In this document: positions 50,802 through 61,182 of the stretch, in pieces
Layout of the letters: every line of letters starts with the position of its first letter
How positions within the stretch are numbered: position 1 is the first letter of the stretch
Assembly: GCA_040219255.1 (NCBI GenBank)
Contig: JAVJSW010000001.1
Location: forward strand, 64,001-128,000
Reading direction: 5' to 3'
Origin: Sumerlaeia bacterium
GTDB taxonomy: Bacteria > Sumerlaeota > Sumerlaeia > SLMS01 > JAHLLQ01
Length of the DNA: 64,000 nt
Translations under genes and position numbers: made by a program
The notes under the pieces: generated by a model
What the model was told of the DNA's origin: nothing
Databases searched by the model: none
What the model saw: only the letters and a program-made list of their open reading frames with translations

Positions 50802-51632
50802 ATGGATTGGCCCAGCATCCCCGACGAAATGACGGGCAAATCGCCCCCGCTGATCGACCTCCTGCCCCGCGGGGACAGCGTCGCCGCCTGCGCCGAACTG
50901 CTCATCAAAAATCTTCCCGCCATGACCCAACCCGGCGACCGCGTCGAATACCAAGTCGTCGCCGAAGCCAAGCACCGCCGCGTCACCCTGCCGGCCCTCA
51001 TGAAACGCCGCGGAGGCGAAGTCCTCATCCTGACCAGCCACGCCGGCAACTGGCGCCCCCAGGACATCGCCAACTTCGTCGACTGGCTCGTCCAGGTCCG
51101 CACCGTCGGCGCCCTTCAGCCCGCACCCATCCACCTCTTTCACGACATCGAATCCCTGCCCCCCACCATCGAGGAAGCCCTCTCGATGGACCGGATGATC
51201 AAGCTGGCTTACCTGGCCGCGCCCTACATCGTGAACCAGAACGAGCGCAAGAACGCCGAAGTCTTCGCCAAAGTCTTCGAGTACGTCTTCGAGGATCGCG
51301 TCGGTCAGCGCGCCGGCTATCGCGACCTCGAGCGCCTCGACGCCTGGCGCGTCGAAGACGCCCACTCCTTGCCCGACGACACGCCGGCGCGGCGCTGGCT
51401 GATCCAGACCATCGGCGCCTTTCTCGGCGAACTCATCATCAAACGACTCGAGGGTGCCGCCTGGAGCGGTGAATTGCTGACCGAACGCTCGCTCCGCCGA
51501 GTCCGCATCCATCGCTTCGACGCCAATGTCTTCGGAGCGGTGGAACGATGGCTGATCAACGGCCCTCCGGAGAACTACCTTTCGGAGTACGCGCTGTCGG
51601 TGGCGCGGATGGCCGAGGGCCAACTGCCCTAA
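50802..51632 (+). CDS. Hypothetical protein with possible DUF3806-like C-terminal helical domain
   Basis: Coding-like bias; C-terminal LERLD...IGAFLGELII...W...NVFGAVERWLING. Confidence 0.65.
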   Translation: MDWPSIPDEMTGKSPPLIDLLPRGDSVAACAELLIKNLPAMTQPGDRVEYQVVAEAKHRRVTLPALMKRRGGEVLILTSHAGNWRPQDIANFVDWLVQVRTVGALQPAPIHLFHDIESLPPTIEEALSMDRMIKLAYLAAPYIVNQNERKNAEVFAKVFEYVFEDRVGQRAGYRDLERLDAWRVEDAHSLPDDTPARRWLIQTIGAFLGELIIKRLEGAAWSGELLTERSLRRVRIHRFDANVFGAVERWLINGPPENYLSEYALSVARMAEGQLP

Positions 51633-51767
51633 AGAAGCCTTTGGCGACAAAACTTATCGCATATGTCAAAAATATCTGAGGCATACGTGCGTATCTGCCT
51701 TGACCGCTCCGCCTTCTCCGGCGGAACGTACCCGGCAATTTGAGTTCAAGAGACGGAGCCCCCAACC

Positions 51768-52835
51768 ATGCCCATTGTCACAATGCGCCAGATTATGGAA
51801 GAAGCCGCCAAAAAAGGCTATGGCGTCGGCGCGTTCAACGTCAACAATATGGAGCAGATCCAGGCCATCATGGCCGCCGCGGAGAAGCTCGACGCCCCGG
51901 TCATCATCCAGGCCAGCCGAGGCGCCCTCGCCTACAGCCAGATGATCTACCTGAAGAAGCTGATGGAAGCCGCGGTGGAAGTCACCCCGAACGTCCCCGT
52001 CGCCCTTCACCTCGACCACGGCAACAGCCCCGAAACCTGCAAGCAGGCCATCGAACTCGGCTTCAGCAGCGTCATGATGGACGGCTCCCTGGAAGCCGAC
52101 GGCAAGACCGTCGCCTCCTACGAATACAACGTCCGCGTCACCCGCGAAGTGGTCGAAATGGCCCACGAAGTCGGCGTCACCGTCGAAGGTGAACTGGGCG
52201 CCCTCGGCGGCATCGAAGACGGCCACGGAGCCGGCATCGCCCTCGACGACAAAGAGCACCTGACCGATCCGGACGAAGCCGTTCAGTTCGTGCAGGAAAC
52301 CGGCGTGGACTGCCTCGCCGTCGCCATCGGCACCAGCCACGGCGCCTACAAGACGCTGCGCTACGACAAGGACGGCAACGCCCTGCCGCCGGCCCTGGCC
52401 CTCGAGCGCATCACCAAGATCAAAGAAAACCTGGAGAAGGCCGGCTACAAGAACTACCCCCTCGTCATGCACGGCTCCAGCTCCGTTCCCAAAGACCTCG
52501 TGGACATTGTCAACAAGTACGGTGGCGCCCTGAAGGGCTCGATGGGCATTCCGCTGGAAGACATCCGCTTCGGCATCGAACGCGGCGTTCGCAAGATCAA
52601 CGTCGATACCGACGGCCGTCTCGCCATGACCGGCGCCGTCCGCAAGGTCCTCTTCGAGACCCCCGACAAGTTCGATCCGCGCGATTGGATGAAGCCCGCC
52701 CGCACCGCCCTGCAGGCCATGATCGAAGAGCGCATGAAGGCCTTCGGCCAAGCTGGCCACGGCAGCGACTACAAGCCGGTTTCCCTGACCGACATGGCCG
52801 AGAAGTACAAGGCCGAGCGCGCCGCCGCCGTCTAA
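51768..52835 (+). CDS. fba: Fructose-bisphosphate aldolase class II
   Basis: GAFNVNNME, LHLDHG, SVMMDGS, IGTSHGAYK, VMHGSSS, KINVDTD. Confidence 0.96.
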   Translation: MPIVTMRQIMEEAAKKGYGVGAFNVNNMEQIQAIMAAAEKLDAPVIIQASRGALAYSQMIYLKKLMEAAVEVTPNVPVALHLDHGNSPETCKQAIELGFSSVMMDGSLEADGKTVASYEYNVRVTREVVEMAHEVGVTVEGELGALGGIEDGHGAGIALDDKEHLTDPDEAVQFVQETGVDCLAVAIGTSHGAYKTLRYDKDGNALPPALALERITKIKENLEKAGYKNYPLVMHGSSSVPKDLVDIVNKYGGALKGSMGIPLEDIRFGIERGVRKINVDTDGRLAMTGAVRKVLFETPDKFDPRDWMKPARTALQAMIEERMKAFGQAGHGSDYKPVSLTDMAEKYKAERAAAV

Positions 52836-52861
52836 CGGACTGGCTGGTTAGCTGGGTTAAG

Positions 52862-53356
52862 CACTGAGGGCACAGAGGTTGACGGCTGCACGGAGGAAGA
52901 GATTCCTCCAGTTGCGGCCGCGGCCTCCGTGCCTTTTTTCATTGAGAGCGCCTCCTGAAAAGGAATAGCGGTCCATCGCACTCTGGCCGCCAAAGCCATC
53001 AGGAGCGACGGTTTCCCGTGCCACCTGATTGGCGGGTAGAGGAATTCGACAGCATCTCTCAAAGACACCACGATCTTTCCCCACAGAGAGACAGGCCGCA
53101 CTGCCCGCCGCCGAAGTCTCTTTCTTTCAATTGATCACAAATGATGTTCAGATAACGGCAAGGCTTCTCCGATGCCCCTACTAACTCCAATAAAACCAAT
53201 AATCTCCGTGTCCCCTGTGGCTCTGTGGTGATTTTCTGAAGACTCAAGGACAATGTCGAAGTACCTCGTTCACGTAACCTCATCCGATTCCTTATCCGTG
53301 ACAATCCGTGGCAACCCTCTCTCTCTGTGCAACCTCTGTCCTCTGAGCCCTCTGTG
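52862..53356. repeat. ~500-bp intergenic element bounded by imperfect 34-bp inverted repeats (MITE/REPIN-like)
   Basis: 52862-52895 matches the reverse complement of 53323-53356 at 25/34; internal CTCTGTG and ATCCGTG doublets. Confidence 0.55.
52888..52939 (+). terminator. Terminator after fba
   Basis: GCACGGAGG / CCTCCGTGC stem followed by a T6 tract. Confidence 0.6.
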
Positions 53357-53364
53357 GTGAATTC

Positions 53365-54930
53365 GTGAACCCCGTCCGTTTCTTCTTCTCCCTCACCCGC
53401 CTCGGCGGCAAAGCCCTCTGGCGCTGGAAAGACCTCGTCGCCCTCGCCGTCATCGGCGTGTGCTGGGTTCTGGCGCGGCGGGTCTATTCGTGGGATAATG
53501 GGGTGCCGTTCGACGACACGCGCCTTGCCTGGTCGATGCAGTTTCTCGATCCCGCCTGGCTGCGGGAAACGCCCTGGCGCTCGCTCTGGTTCCTGCACAG
53601 CCAACCGCCCCTTTTCAACGCCTACCTCGCGGCGATCCTGAACCTCTTCCCGGGGCAGGAAACCCGCTTCTTCGCCCTCAGCTACCGCCTCCTCGGCGTC
53701 CTCCTGGCCGTGTCGCTCTATGGGCTCCAGAGGGCCATCGGCATCACCCGCTTCTGGGCCGTGGCGGTCACGGTGCTGGTGTGCTGCGCGCCGGCGGCGC
53801 TGATTTACGAGCGCTACCTCTTCTACACCTATCCCGTCGCCGCCCTGATCGCCGTGGCCGGGGTGTTCGCCTGGCGCTTTGTCGAAAAGGGCTGGCGCGT
53901 AGCCGACGGCCTTGTCCTCTTCACGCTCCTGGGGGCGCTTATCTTCACCCGCAGCATGTTCCACCCGTTCCTGTGGCTGTTGCCGATGGCGGCGGGATTC
54001 TGCTGGATGGCGGGGCGCGGGAAATGGCGCCGCGTCGCCCTCCTGGCGGCGATTCCGATGGTGGCCAGCCTCGCCCTCTTCACCAAGAATGCTTTCCTCT
54101 TTGGCGAATTCACCTCCAGTTCCTGGCTCGGCATGAGCCTCGGCAAGTACGCCGTCCGCAACATGTCCCAGGACGAACTCGCCGCCTACCTGACCCGCGA
54201 CGACTTCCCCGCCATCTTCGCCGTCGAAACCTTCGAGCCGGTCGATGACTACCGCCCGTACCTGCCGCGACCCCTCGCCGAGCCCACTGGCGTTCCCGCC
54301 CTCGACGCCGACCGCAAAGCCACCGGCGCGGCGAACATGAATCACCTGCAATTCATCGCGGCCTCGAACGAATTCGGCCGCGGCGCCAAGATCATTCTGC
54401 TCAACGATCCCGGCTATTTCCTGCGCACCTTCCGCGAGGCCCTCATCGTGTACAGCAAACCCGCCACCGATTACGTTCTCATCGCCCTGCGCGAGCGCCC
54501 CGTCGATCCCATCACCCGCTGGTACGCGCGCATCGTCTATGGCAAGTTCGGCCCCTCGCCCTTTCACTACAAGGAAATCGACGGCTGGCTCGAACGCCAG
54601 GACAAGCACCGGCTCGAGCAAATCGGCTGGTTCCTTCCCATCTACCTGCTGCTCGGCATCGGCGTGGGCGTGGCCGTGGCCTTGGCTCTGATCCGCGAGC
54701 GCCGCCGCCCCACCGGGTCCGAGTTCCTGATTCTCTTTCTCGCCTTCAACGTCCTCTACGTCAGCGGCATCGGCACGCTGCTCGAAGTCGGCGAAAACAA
54801 CCGCTTCCGATACCAGATCGAACCGGTCCTTTTTGTCCTCGTCGCGGCGGCGATTCAGCGGCTCGCCATGGCAAGGACTTTGCACCGAAAATCCCCGCCA
54901 TTCTGGACGCGATGGAGACGCCGCCGATGA
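53365..54930 (+). CDS. Multi-TM membrane protein, GT-C glycosyltransferase-like
   Basis: Q.LD..L...P..SLW.LHSQPPLFN motif, many TM helices, C-terminal GENNRFR. Confidence 0.7.
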   Translation: MNPVRFFFSLTRLGGKALWRWKDLVALAVIGVCWVLARRVYSWDNGVPFDDTRLAWSMQFLDPAWLRETPWRSLWFLHSQPPLFNAYLAAILNLFPGQETRFFALSYRLLGVLLAVSLYGLQRAIGITRFWAVAVTVLVCCAPAALIYERYLFYTYPVAALIAVAGVFAWRFVEKGWRVADGLVLFTLLGALIFTRSMFHPFLWLLPMAAGFCWMAGRGKWRRVALLAAIPMVASLALFTKNAFLFGEFTSSSWLGMSLGKYAVRNMSQDELAAYLTRDDFPAIFAVETFEPVDDYRPYLPRPLAEPTGVPALDADRKATGAANMNHLQFIAASNEFGRGAKIILLNDPGYFLRTFREALIVYSKPATDYVLIALRERPVDPITRWYARIVYGKFGPSPFHYKEIDGWLERQDKHRLEQIGWFLPIYLLLGIGVGVAVALALIRERRRPTGSEFLILFLAFNVLYVSGIGTLLEVGENNRFRYQIEPVLFVLVAAAIQRLAMARTLHRKSPPFWTRWRRRR

Positions 54931-55196
54931 CCCGCCCCGACTACAACGCCCTGGCCGATTTGCTTCGTGTGCCCAGCATCGACATGGCCATCGCCCGCGA
55001 ACTCCTCAAGATCGACATCACCCGCGTCCAGGACCTCATCGGCCGCGACCCGGAAGCGCTCTACGACGAACTGGTCCTGCGCCGAGGCAAACCGGTCGAT
55101 CCCTTCTACCTCTACGTCCTGCGCAGCGCCGTGTACTTCGCCGAAACTCCCAATCCCGATCCCGAGCGGGTGCATTGGCACGCGTGGCAGGATTGA
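54927..55196 (+). CDS. Cdd1 / 'pathogenicity locus' helix-hairpin-helix protein
   Basis: L..VPSI..AIAREL..I.I....DL.GRDPEALY..L......DP..LYVLR.AVYFA.......W..W; ATGA overlap with the upstream gene. Confidence 0.8.
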   Translation: MTRPDYNALADLLRVPSIDMAIARELLKIDITRVQDLIGRDPEALYDELVLRRGKPVDPFYLYVLRSAVYFAETPNPDPERVHWHAWQD

Positions 55197-55265
55197 GGGC
55201 GTGAAATTGACTTGACGTGGTGGCAGGTTGAGGACCTGCTAAGTCATCATGTAGGAGAACTTGCC

Positions 55266-56453
55266 ATGGGTAATATCTTTAATTTGGGCTATGCGTTGTT
55301 GGTTATTGCATTGATCCAATCGCCTGCCGCAGGTCAGATTCAGATCACACTTTTTGGCGAGGATCAGAATCAAGATGGTCAAGTCCTCCTACAGTTGGGT
55401 GAGACGGACCCAACAAATCCCCAATCTTTCCCATTAAACGAGCAAGACACTGATCGAGATGGATTGTCCGATGCGTTTGAAATCAACTTTGAGAAAGTGG
55501 TCAATGATCGGCTGATCAAGCTGGACTTTCTGGATCAGGATTCGGACGATGACGGGTTGTCCGATGGCGATGAATACAATGGGAAAGGTCTGTGCCGGGC
55601 CGGAGCAGAGTATTGGCAATCCCCTTTGGCGGTTCAGCCGTGGCTGCCTGATTCAGACTTTGATGGGATTCCGGACGGCACCGAGTTGGGGGTGAGGGTT
55701 CCGATTCCAGAGTTTTCCACCATATACAACGGGCAACAGGTTACTATCAAGGGAACCGACATCGAAGCAAAATTTGATTTTCGAGTTTGGCTGACGATGC
55801 TTCCTTTGCATTACAATGGAGGGGAAGAAGTTTCTCCATTGGATGACGTCGAGTATATCCAGTATCGATATTGTTTCCGTGTGGACGACGATCCTGGTTA
55901 TGAGGGGCATTATTTTACCCACCCAGTCAATAGCGATACTAACAATGATGGAGTCGTGGATGGATTGCAGGATTTCAATCAACAGATCGTCCTGGAGGAG
56001 ATGGATGACCCTTCGAAGTACAACGCTCCCGGAAACTACAATGGGAAATACAAGGATACGGAATTCGATGCATTGACCGGGCTCTATGAAGTTCCATCAG
56101 ATTGGGAAACCCACGTTGGCCAGTATATGGGTGGAGGATTTGCATTCATTGGTGGTCAAGCTCAGGATATCGGAGGGCGGTCGCTTCGCCAAATCTATCT
56201 CATCGCCGGACCAAGCGTGGACGGAATGTGCATGAGGTTTGCATCTTCAGCACGAGATGTTCAAATTACTCCAACCACGATCAATATATTGAAGACGGGT
56301 GAGAAGTACTTGGTGGATTTCGTGGGGAATTTCAATCAATTGGGCAGATTTTCGGTCAGACGAGATTTTTATGAGTGTTCAGTTACTGCCAAAAAGGTCC
56401 ACTCCAATCATCTCTTGGTATGGTTAGGGCATAAGTATGCATGGCCTTGTTAA
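55266..56453 (+). CDS. Secreted protein with TSP3-like Ca-binding DxDxDG repeats, AT-rich
   Basis: AGGAG RBS and signal peptide; DTDRDGLSDAFE, DSDDDGLSDGDE, DSDFDGIPDGTE, DTNNDGVVDG. Confidence 0.75.
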   Translation: MGNIFNLGYALLVIALIQSPAAGQIQITLFGEDQNQDGQVLLQLGETDPTNPQSFPLNEQDTDRDGLSDAFEINFEKVVNDRLIKLDFLDQDSDDDGLSDGDEYNGKGLCRAGAEYWQSPLAVQPWLPDSDFDGIPDGTELGVRVPIPEFSTIYNGQQVTIKGTDIEAKFDFRVWLTMLPLHYNGGEEVSPLDDVEYIQYRYCFRVDDDPGYEGHYFTHPVNSDTNNDGVVDGLQDFNQQIVLEEMDDPSKYNAPGNYNGKYKDTEFDALTGLYEVPSDWETHVGQYMGGGFAFIGGQAQDIGGRSLRQIYLIAGPSVDGMCMRFASSARDVQITPTTINILKTGEKYLVDFVGNFNQLGRFSVRRDFYECSVTAKKVHSNHLLVWLGHKYAWPC

Positions 56454-56610
56454 TCATACGAGATCCTTAATGCACCCTCAAGCCGCCATTCCCATCCTCA
56501 AACAACGCCGACAGCTGACCTTTCCCACACTAACTCTGTGGGTCATAGCGGATGACTTTCATTTACCCAATGGCGTAAGTCCTCACGCACCAACCTCTCA
56601 GCTTCGACGA

Positions 56611-56645
56611 ACGTAGCACGTAGCACCCAGCACGCAGCACGTATT
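56611..56645. repeat. 7-bp tandem repeat (ACGTAGC variants, about five copies)
   Basis: acgtagc acgtagc acccagc acgcagc acgtatt. Confidence 0.7.
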
Positions 56646-56702
56646 CCAGACAAACCCGTTGCCCCCCGCGCCGCCCCTCGCCCACCCTTCCTCCCCGATT
56701 GA

Positions 56703-58031
<1,329 letters not shown>

Positions 58032-58071
58032 GCCCGCACTGGCTTACCAAGCCCCCATCGCATCCAACCCC

Positions 58072-58109
58072 ACGCCCGGAGAGCCCCGCCGCTCTCCGGG
58101 CGTTTCTTT
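58072..58109 (+). terminator. Terminator after eno
   Basis: 13-bp stem ACGCCCGGAGAGC/GCTCTCCGGGCGT followed by TTCTTT. Confidence 0.8.
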
Positions 58110-58111
58110 AA

Positions 58112-58240
58112 GGGTACCACGGCCGTCCCGGCCGTGACCTGCGGCGTTTCCCAGAGACCTGAAACTCTTTGACTTGGGCAGCCGAGTTTCCACCGCCCAA
58201 ACCACCCACCCCCAAATGTCGCGCAGGCTCTCCAGCCTGC
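58112..58240. repeat. Two REP-like palindromes
   Basis: GGGTACCACGGCCGTCCCGGCCGTG (58112-58136) and GTCGCGCAGGCTCTCCAGCCTGC (58218-58240). Confidence 0.5.
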
Positions 58241-58268
58241 GTCCCCCCCCAGCCACCGCCAAGGCCCA

Positions 58269-58341
58269 TAAGTGCAACAAGTGTATCTTGTCTATCTTGT
58301 CTGATAGTTGCCACATGAGGGGACAAACCGAAGCGCCTGTG
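58269..58341. repeat. Dispersed ~73-bp repeat, copy B
   Basis: Ungapped match to 9982-10054. Confidence 0.8.
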
Positions 58342-58440
58342 TTTTCCTGATTGGCGTCAGCGGTTGGCGCCACCCGCCGCCGCTGGCCAACCGATTCCGG
58401 AGGCCACATCATGTCCGCTCTTCATCCCGCCCAAGACCCC

Positions 58441-59706
58441 TCAGCCCCCGCCCGGCGCGTCGCGCACGGCGTGGCGCCGCTCCTGCATCGGCAGGGACTC
58501 CTTCAGCCGGGGCGTCAGGGCGTTCAGGCCCTCGGCGAAGGCCGTCGCGTCCGCCTCCGTCAGACCGCAATCGGCGTCGTTCTCCCGGGCGTAGGCCGCC
58601 TTCTGGAACGGCCCCAGCACCGCCGCCGCCTCGGGCCCGCCGCTGCGCGACTCGGTGCCGTAGAGCGTGCGGTCCGTCAGGCTCGTGAGCAACCGCGCCA
58701 GGTACTCCGGCGCCGTCTCGCCTTTTTGCCGTTCGTAGCCTGCTTCGCCGATGTCGGCGGTAAACTGGCGGAAGCGGTGGAGAATGCGCGCCCGGGCTCC
58801 GGCGCCGTCGGACAGCTCCGGCTCGGCGCGCTCCCCCCGCGGGCGCCGCCGCCGGTCCTCCCGCACGCCCAGGAGGCCCTCCTCCGCGAGCGATTCCCCG
58901 GATTTCTCGGACCGCAGTTGCTTGTCCAGCCAGTAGATCACGCCCAGGCAGGCGGCCACCAGCGCGGCGAAAATCAACAACTCCCAGATCATCTTCGTGA
59001 TGTCGAAGGTCTGCGCCGAATTCGTGAACTCGTAAGCCTGGGGCGTGCTGAAGGTCAGCGTCCGCGTCTGTCCGCCCCACCAGTGGTCCAGGGCGAAATA
59101 CCCGCCCACGCCCAACGCCCACGGCAGCACGGCGGACCGGAACAGCTCCATCACGGCGGGCCAGAGCAGCAGCCCGCCCTGGAACGTGTACCGATCCAGC
59201 CGGGCGAACACATGGTCGGCCCGCATCGCCACCAGCAACCCCAGCGCGAACGCCGCCACCACCGGCATCGGCGGCAACGGAGGAAAGAGCGCCGACGCGC
59301 ACACGATCGCCGAGGAAACCATCAGGATCCGCCCCAGCGTGACTCGCTGCACCTTGAGCAGACACATAAACGCCAGCAGCGCCCCGAAGGCCTGGAACAC
59401 CCCCCGATAGCCCACCAGCATGGGCAGAAACATGACACCGACATGCACCAGAAAGAGAACGAACTTGTCGCGGTAGTTGAGTTGCACCATCGCGTCCAGC
59501 AGCACCGAATACAACCCCAGGCTCAGCAGCAACGCCATGCCGCAGAGCGCCATGTACAGCGCCAGCGACAGGTACGTCTCGCCGCTGCCCCAATGCAGCG
59601 CGAACAGCGCCGAGCAGACGACCACCCAGGTCGCGGCGGTTTCCACCGCCCGCCAGACCGTGGCGCCGAGGCGGAACCGGGGGCGGTAATCGGTCTGGTC
59701 GATCAT
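58441..59706 (-). CDS. Membrane protein with C-terminal DUF4129-like domain
   Basis: Multiple TM helices; GYER.KGETAPEY...F.KAAY. Confidence 0.75.
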   Translation of the reverse strand: MIDQTDYRPRFRLGATVWRAVETAATWVVVCSALFALHWGSGETYLSLALYMALCGMALLLSLGLYSVLLDAMVQLNYRDKFVLFLVHVGVMFLPMLVGYRGVFQAFGALLAFMCLLKVQRVTLGRILMVSSAIVCASALFPPLPPMPVVAAFALGLLVAMRADHVFARLDRYTFQGGLLLWPAVMELFRSAVLPWALGVGGYFALDHWWGGQTRTLTFSTPQAYEFTNSAQTFDITKMIWELLIFAALVAACLGVIYWLDKQLRSEKSGESLAEEGLLGVREDRRRRPRGERAEPELSDGAGARARILHRFRQFTADIGEAGYERQKGETAPEYLARLLTSLTDRTLYGTESRSGGPEAAAVLGPFQKAAYARENDADCGLTEADATAFAEGLNALTPRLKESLPMQERRHAVRDAPGGG

Positions 59707-61007
59707 GCCGTCATGCGGCTCAGGAACACCGTTTCGAGCCCCTCCGTCAGCGCGTCCTGCGGCGTTTTCGCCTTCGTCAACACATGCACCCGCGCCCCCA
59801 GCAGCGTCAGGTGCCGCACCGTTTCCTCCAGACTGAGAGCCGTCACATGACGAATTTCCTGCTCCGCGTACAGCTTGATAAACGACCGGTCGTCCACCAG
59901 CACCATGATGGGCAGAATGCGCCGCTGGGCGAAAGCCGCCACCAGCATCGCCGCCCGGTCCGGGTCGATGGTCGTCACGCCCTGAATCAGAATCGCCGTC
60001 CCCCCCCGCCTCAGCAGCGGCAGCCGCCGCATCGCCTCGGCGGGGAAATCGACGTCGCCCTCCGCCTTCATAAACGTCAGCCGGTCCAGAATCACCGCCA
60101 GGTGATTGTTGCCGCTGCCGGTGGGGATATGCTCGACGCGGTCGCCGCCGATGGCGAAGAGCTGCACGTGATGCGACAATTCGATGGCGCGCTTGGCCAG
60201 GCTGGCGGCGGCTTTGATGCCGTACTCCACGCTCGTCTGATCGCCCAGGCCCGTCAGCCCCATGCGCCCCAGATCCAGGAACACGGTCACCTCCGTCGTG
60301 ATTTCCTCCTGGAACTCCTTCACCTTCAGATCGCCGGTGCGGGCGCTCGAACGCCAGTGCACGGCGTTCGGATTGTCGCCGACGCGGTATTCGCGCAGGC
60401 CCACGAATTCCTCGCTCTGCCCCGCGCGGCGCGTGGTCTGCACGCCGACGTGGGGCAGGGTCCCCTCGCCCAGGACCTGCGCGACCCGCAGTTCAGCCCC
60501 GGAAGGGTACAAGATCAAGTTGGTGAAATGATTCATGAAGAGCTGGCGCCGGAACAGCCCCAGGTCGTCGAGGGCTTCGAACCGCACCGGCCCCAGCGTG
60601 TAGGGCCCGCGCCGGTGCACGCACTCGCCGAGGTAGCCGAGGCTCGCCGTCTCGCCGCGCCGCAGCGGGTCCTCCACCAGGTGGCGGACTTTGTAGCTGG
60701 CGCCGGGGGGAAAAACATCCTCGACCAGCAGCATGGACGTGGCGGCGCGGTTTTCCGACTCGATCTCCAGGGTCACCGGCAGCGTCTGGCCCTCGAAAGC
60801 GCGCGAGTGGTGCTCGCGCCGGACCTTCATCCCCCGCAGCAACCGGAAGGCCTGCCACCCCGACCGCAGCAGCGCGCCCAACGCCACGAATCCCACCATC
60901 GCCGCCAACGGATTCCTCAGCATGATCCCGGCATACAAGCCAAAGCTGGCCAGCAGCAGCAGGATATTGCGGGAGGTGAGAATGCGGAGCGTGGGCTCGG
61001 TCTGCAT
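59703..61007 (-). CDS. DUF58 (vWA-like) protein
   Basis: RRG.Y.LGP...D.LGLF; EFVGLREYRVGD....VHWRSSAR...VKEF. Confidence 0.9.
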   Translation of the reverse strand: MQTEPTLRILTSRNILLLLASFGLYAGIMLRNPLAAMVGFVALGALLRSGWQAFRLLRGMKVRREHHSRAFEGQTLPVTLEIESENRAATSMLLVEDVFPPGASYKVRHLVEDPLRRGETASLGYLGECVHRRGPYTLGPVRFEALDDLGLFRRQLFMNHFTNLILYPSGAELRVAQVLGEGTLPHVGVQTTRRAGQSEEFVGLREYRVGDNPNAVHWRSSARTGDLKVKEFQEEITTEVTVFLDLGRMGLTGLGDQTSVEYGIKAAASLAKRAIELSHHVQLFAIGGDRVEHIPTGSGNNHLAVILDRLTFMKAEGDVDFPAEAMRRLPLLRRGGTAILIQGVTTIDPDRAAMLVAAFAQRRILPIMVLVDDRSFIKLYAEQEIRHVTALSLEETVRHLTLLGARVHVLTKAKTPQDALTEGLETVFLSRMTA

Positions 61008-61057
61008 GCGGAACGGCTAGCGCAGCGCAGGCGAAACCGCAACGCGCATTCGCGCAG

Positions 61058-61182
61058 GAATTGGCCGCAGATGAATAGGATCAATGGGATAAGATTTCGC
61101 CGTCACTGGCTTTCCTCCTTGAAACAGACTTTCGTCCATCAAGAATCCCATCCTATCCATCCCATTCATCCGCGGCTAATTC
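61058..61182. repeat. 38-bp imperfect inverted repeat around a 49-bp spacer (REPIN/MITE-like)
   Basis: 61058-61095 matches the reverse complement of 61145-61182 at 30/38; the right arm contains the TAG stop of the methyltransferase. Confidence 0.75.

Noticed and set aside
52840-53365. Possible CRISPR array among the intergenic repeats
   Set aside because: No identical regularly spaced repeats with unique spacers and no cas genes.
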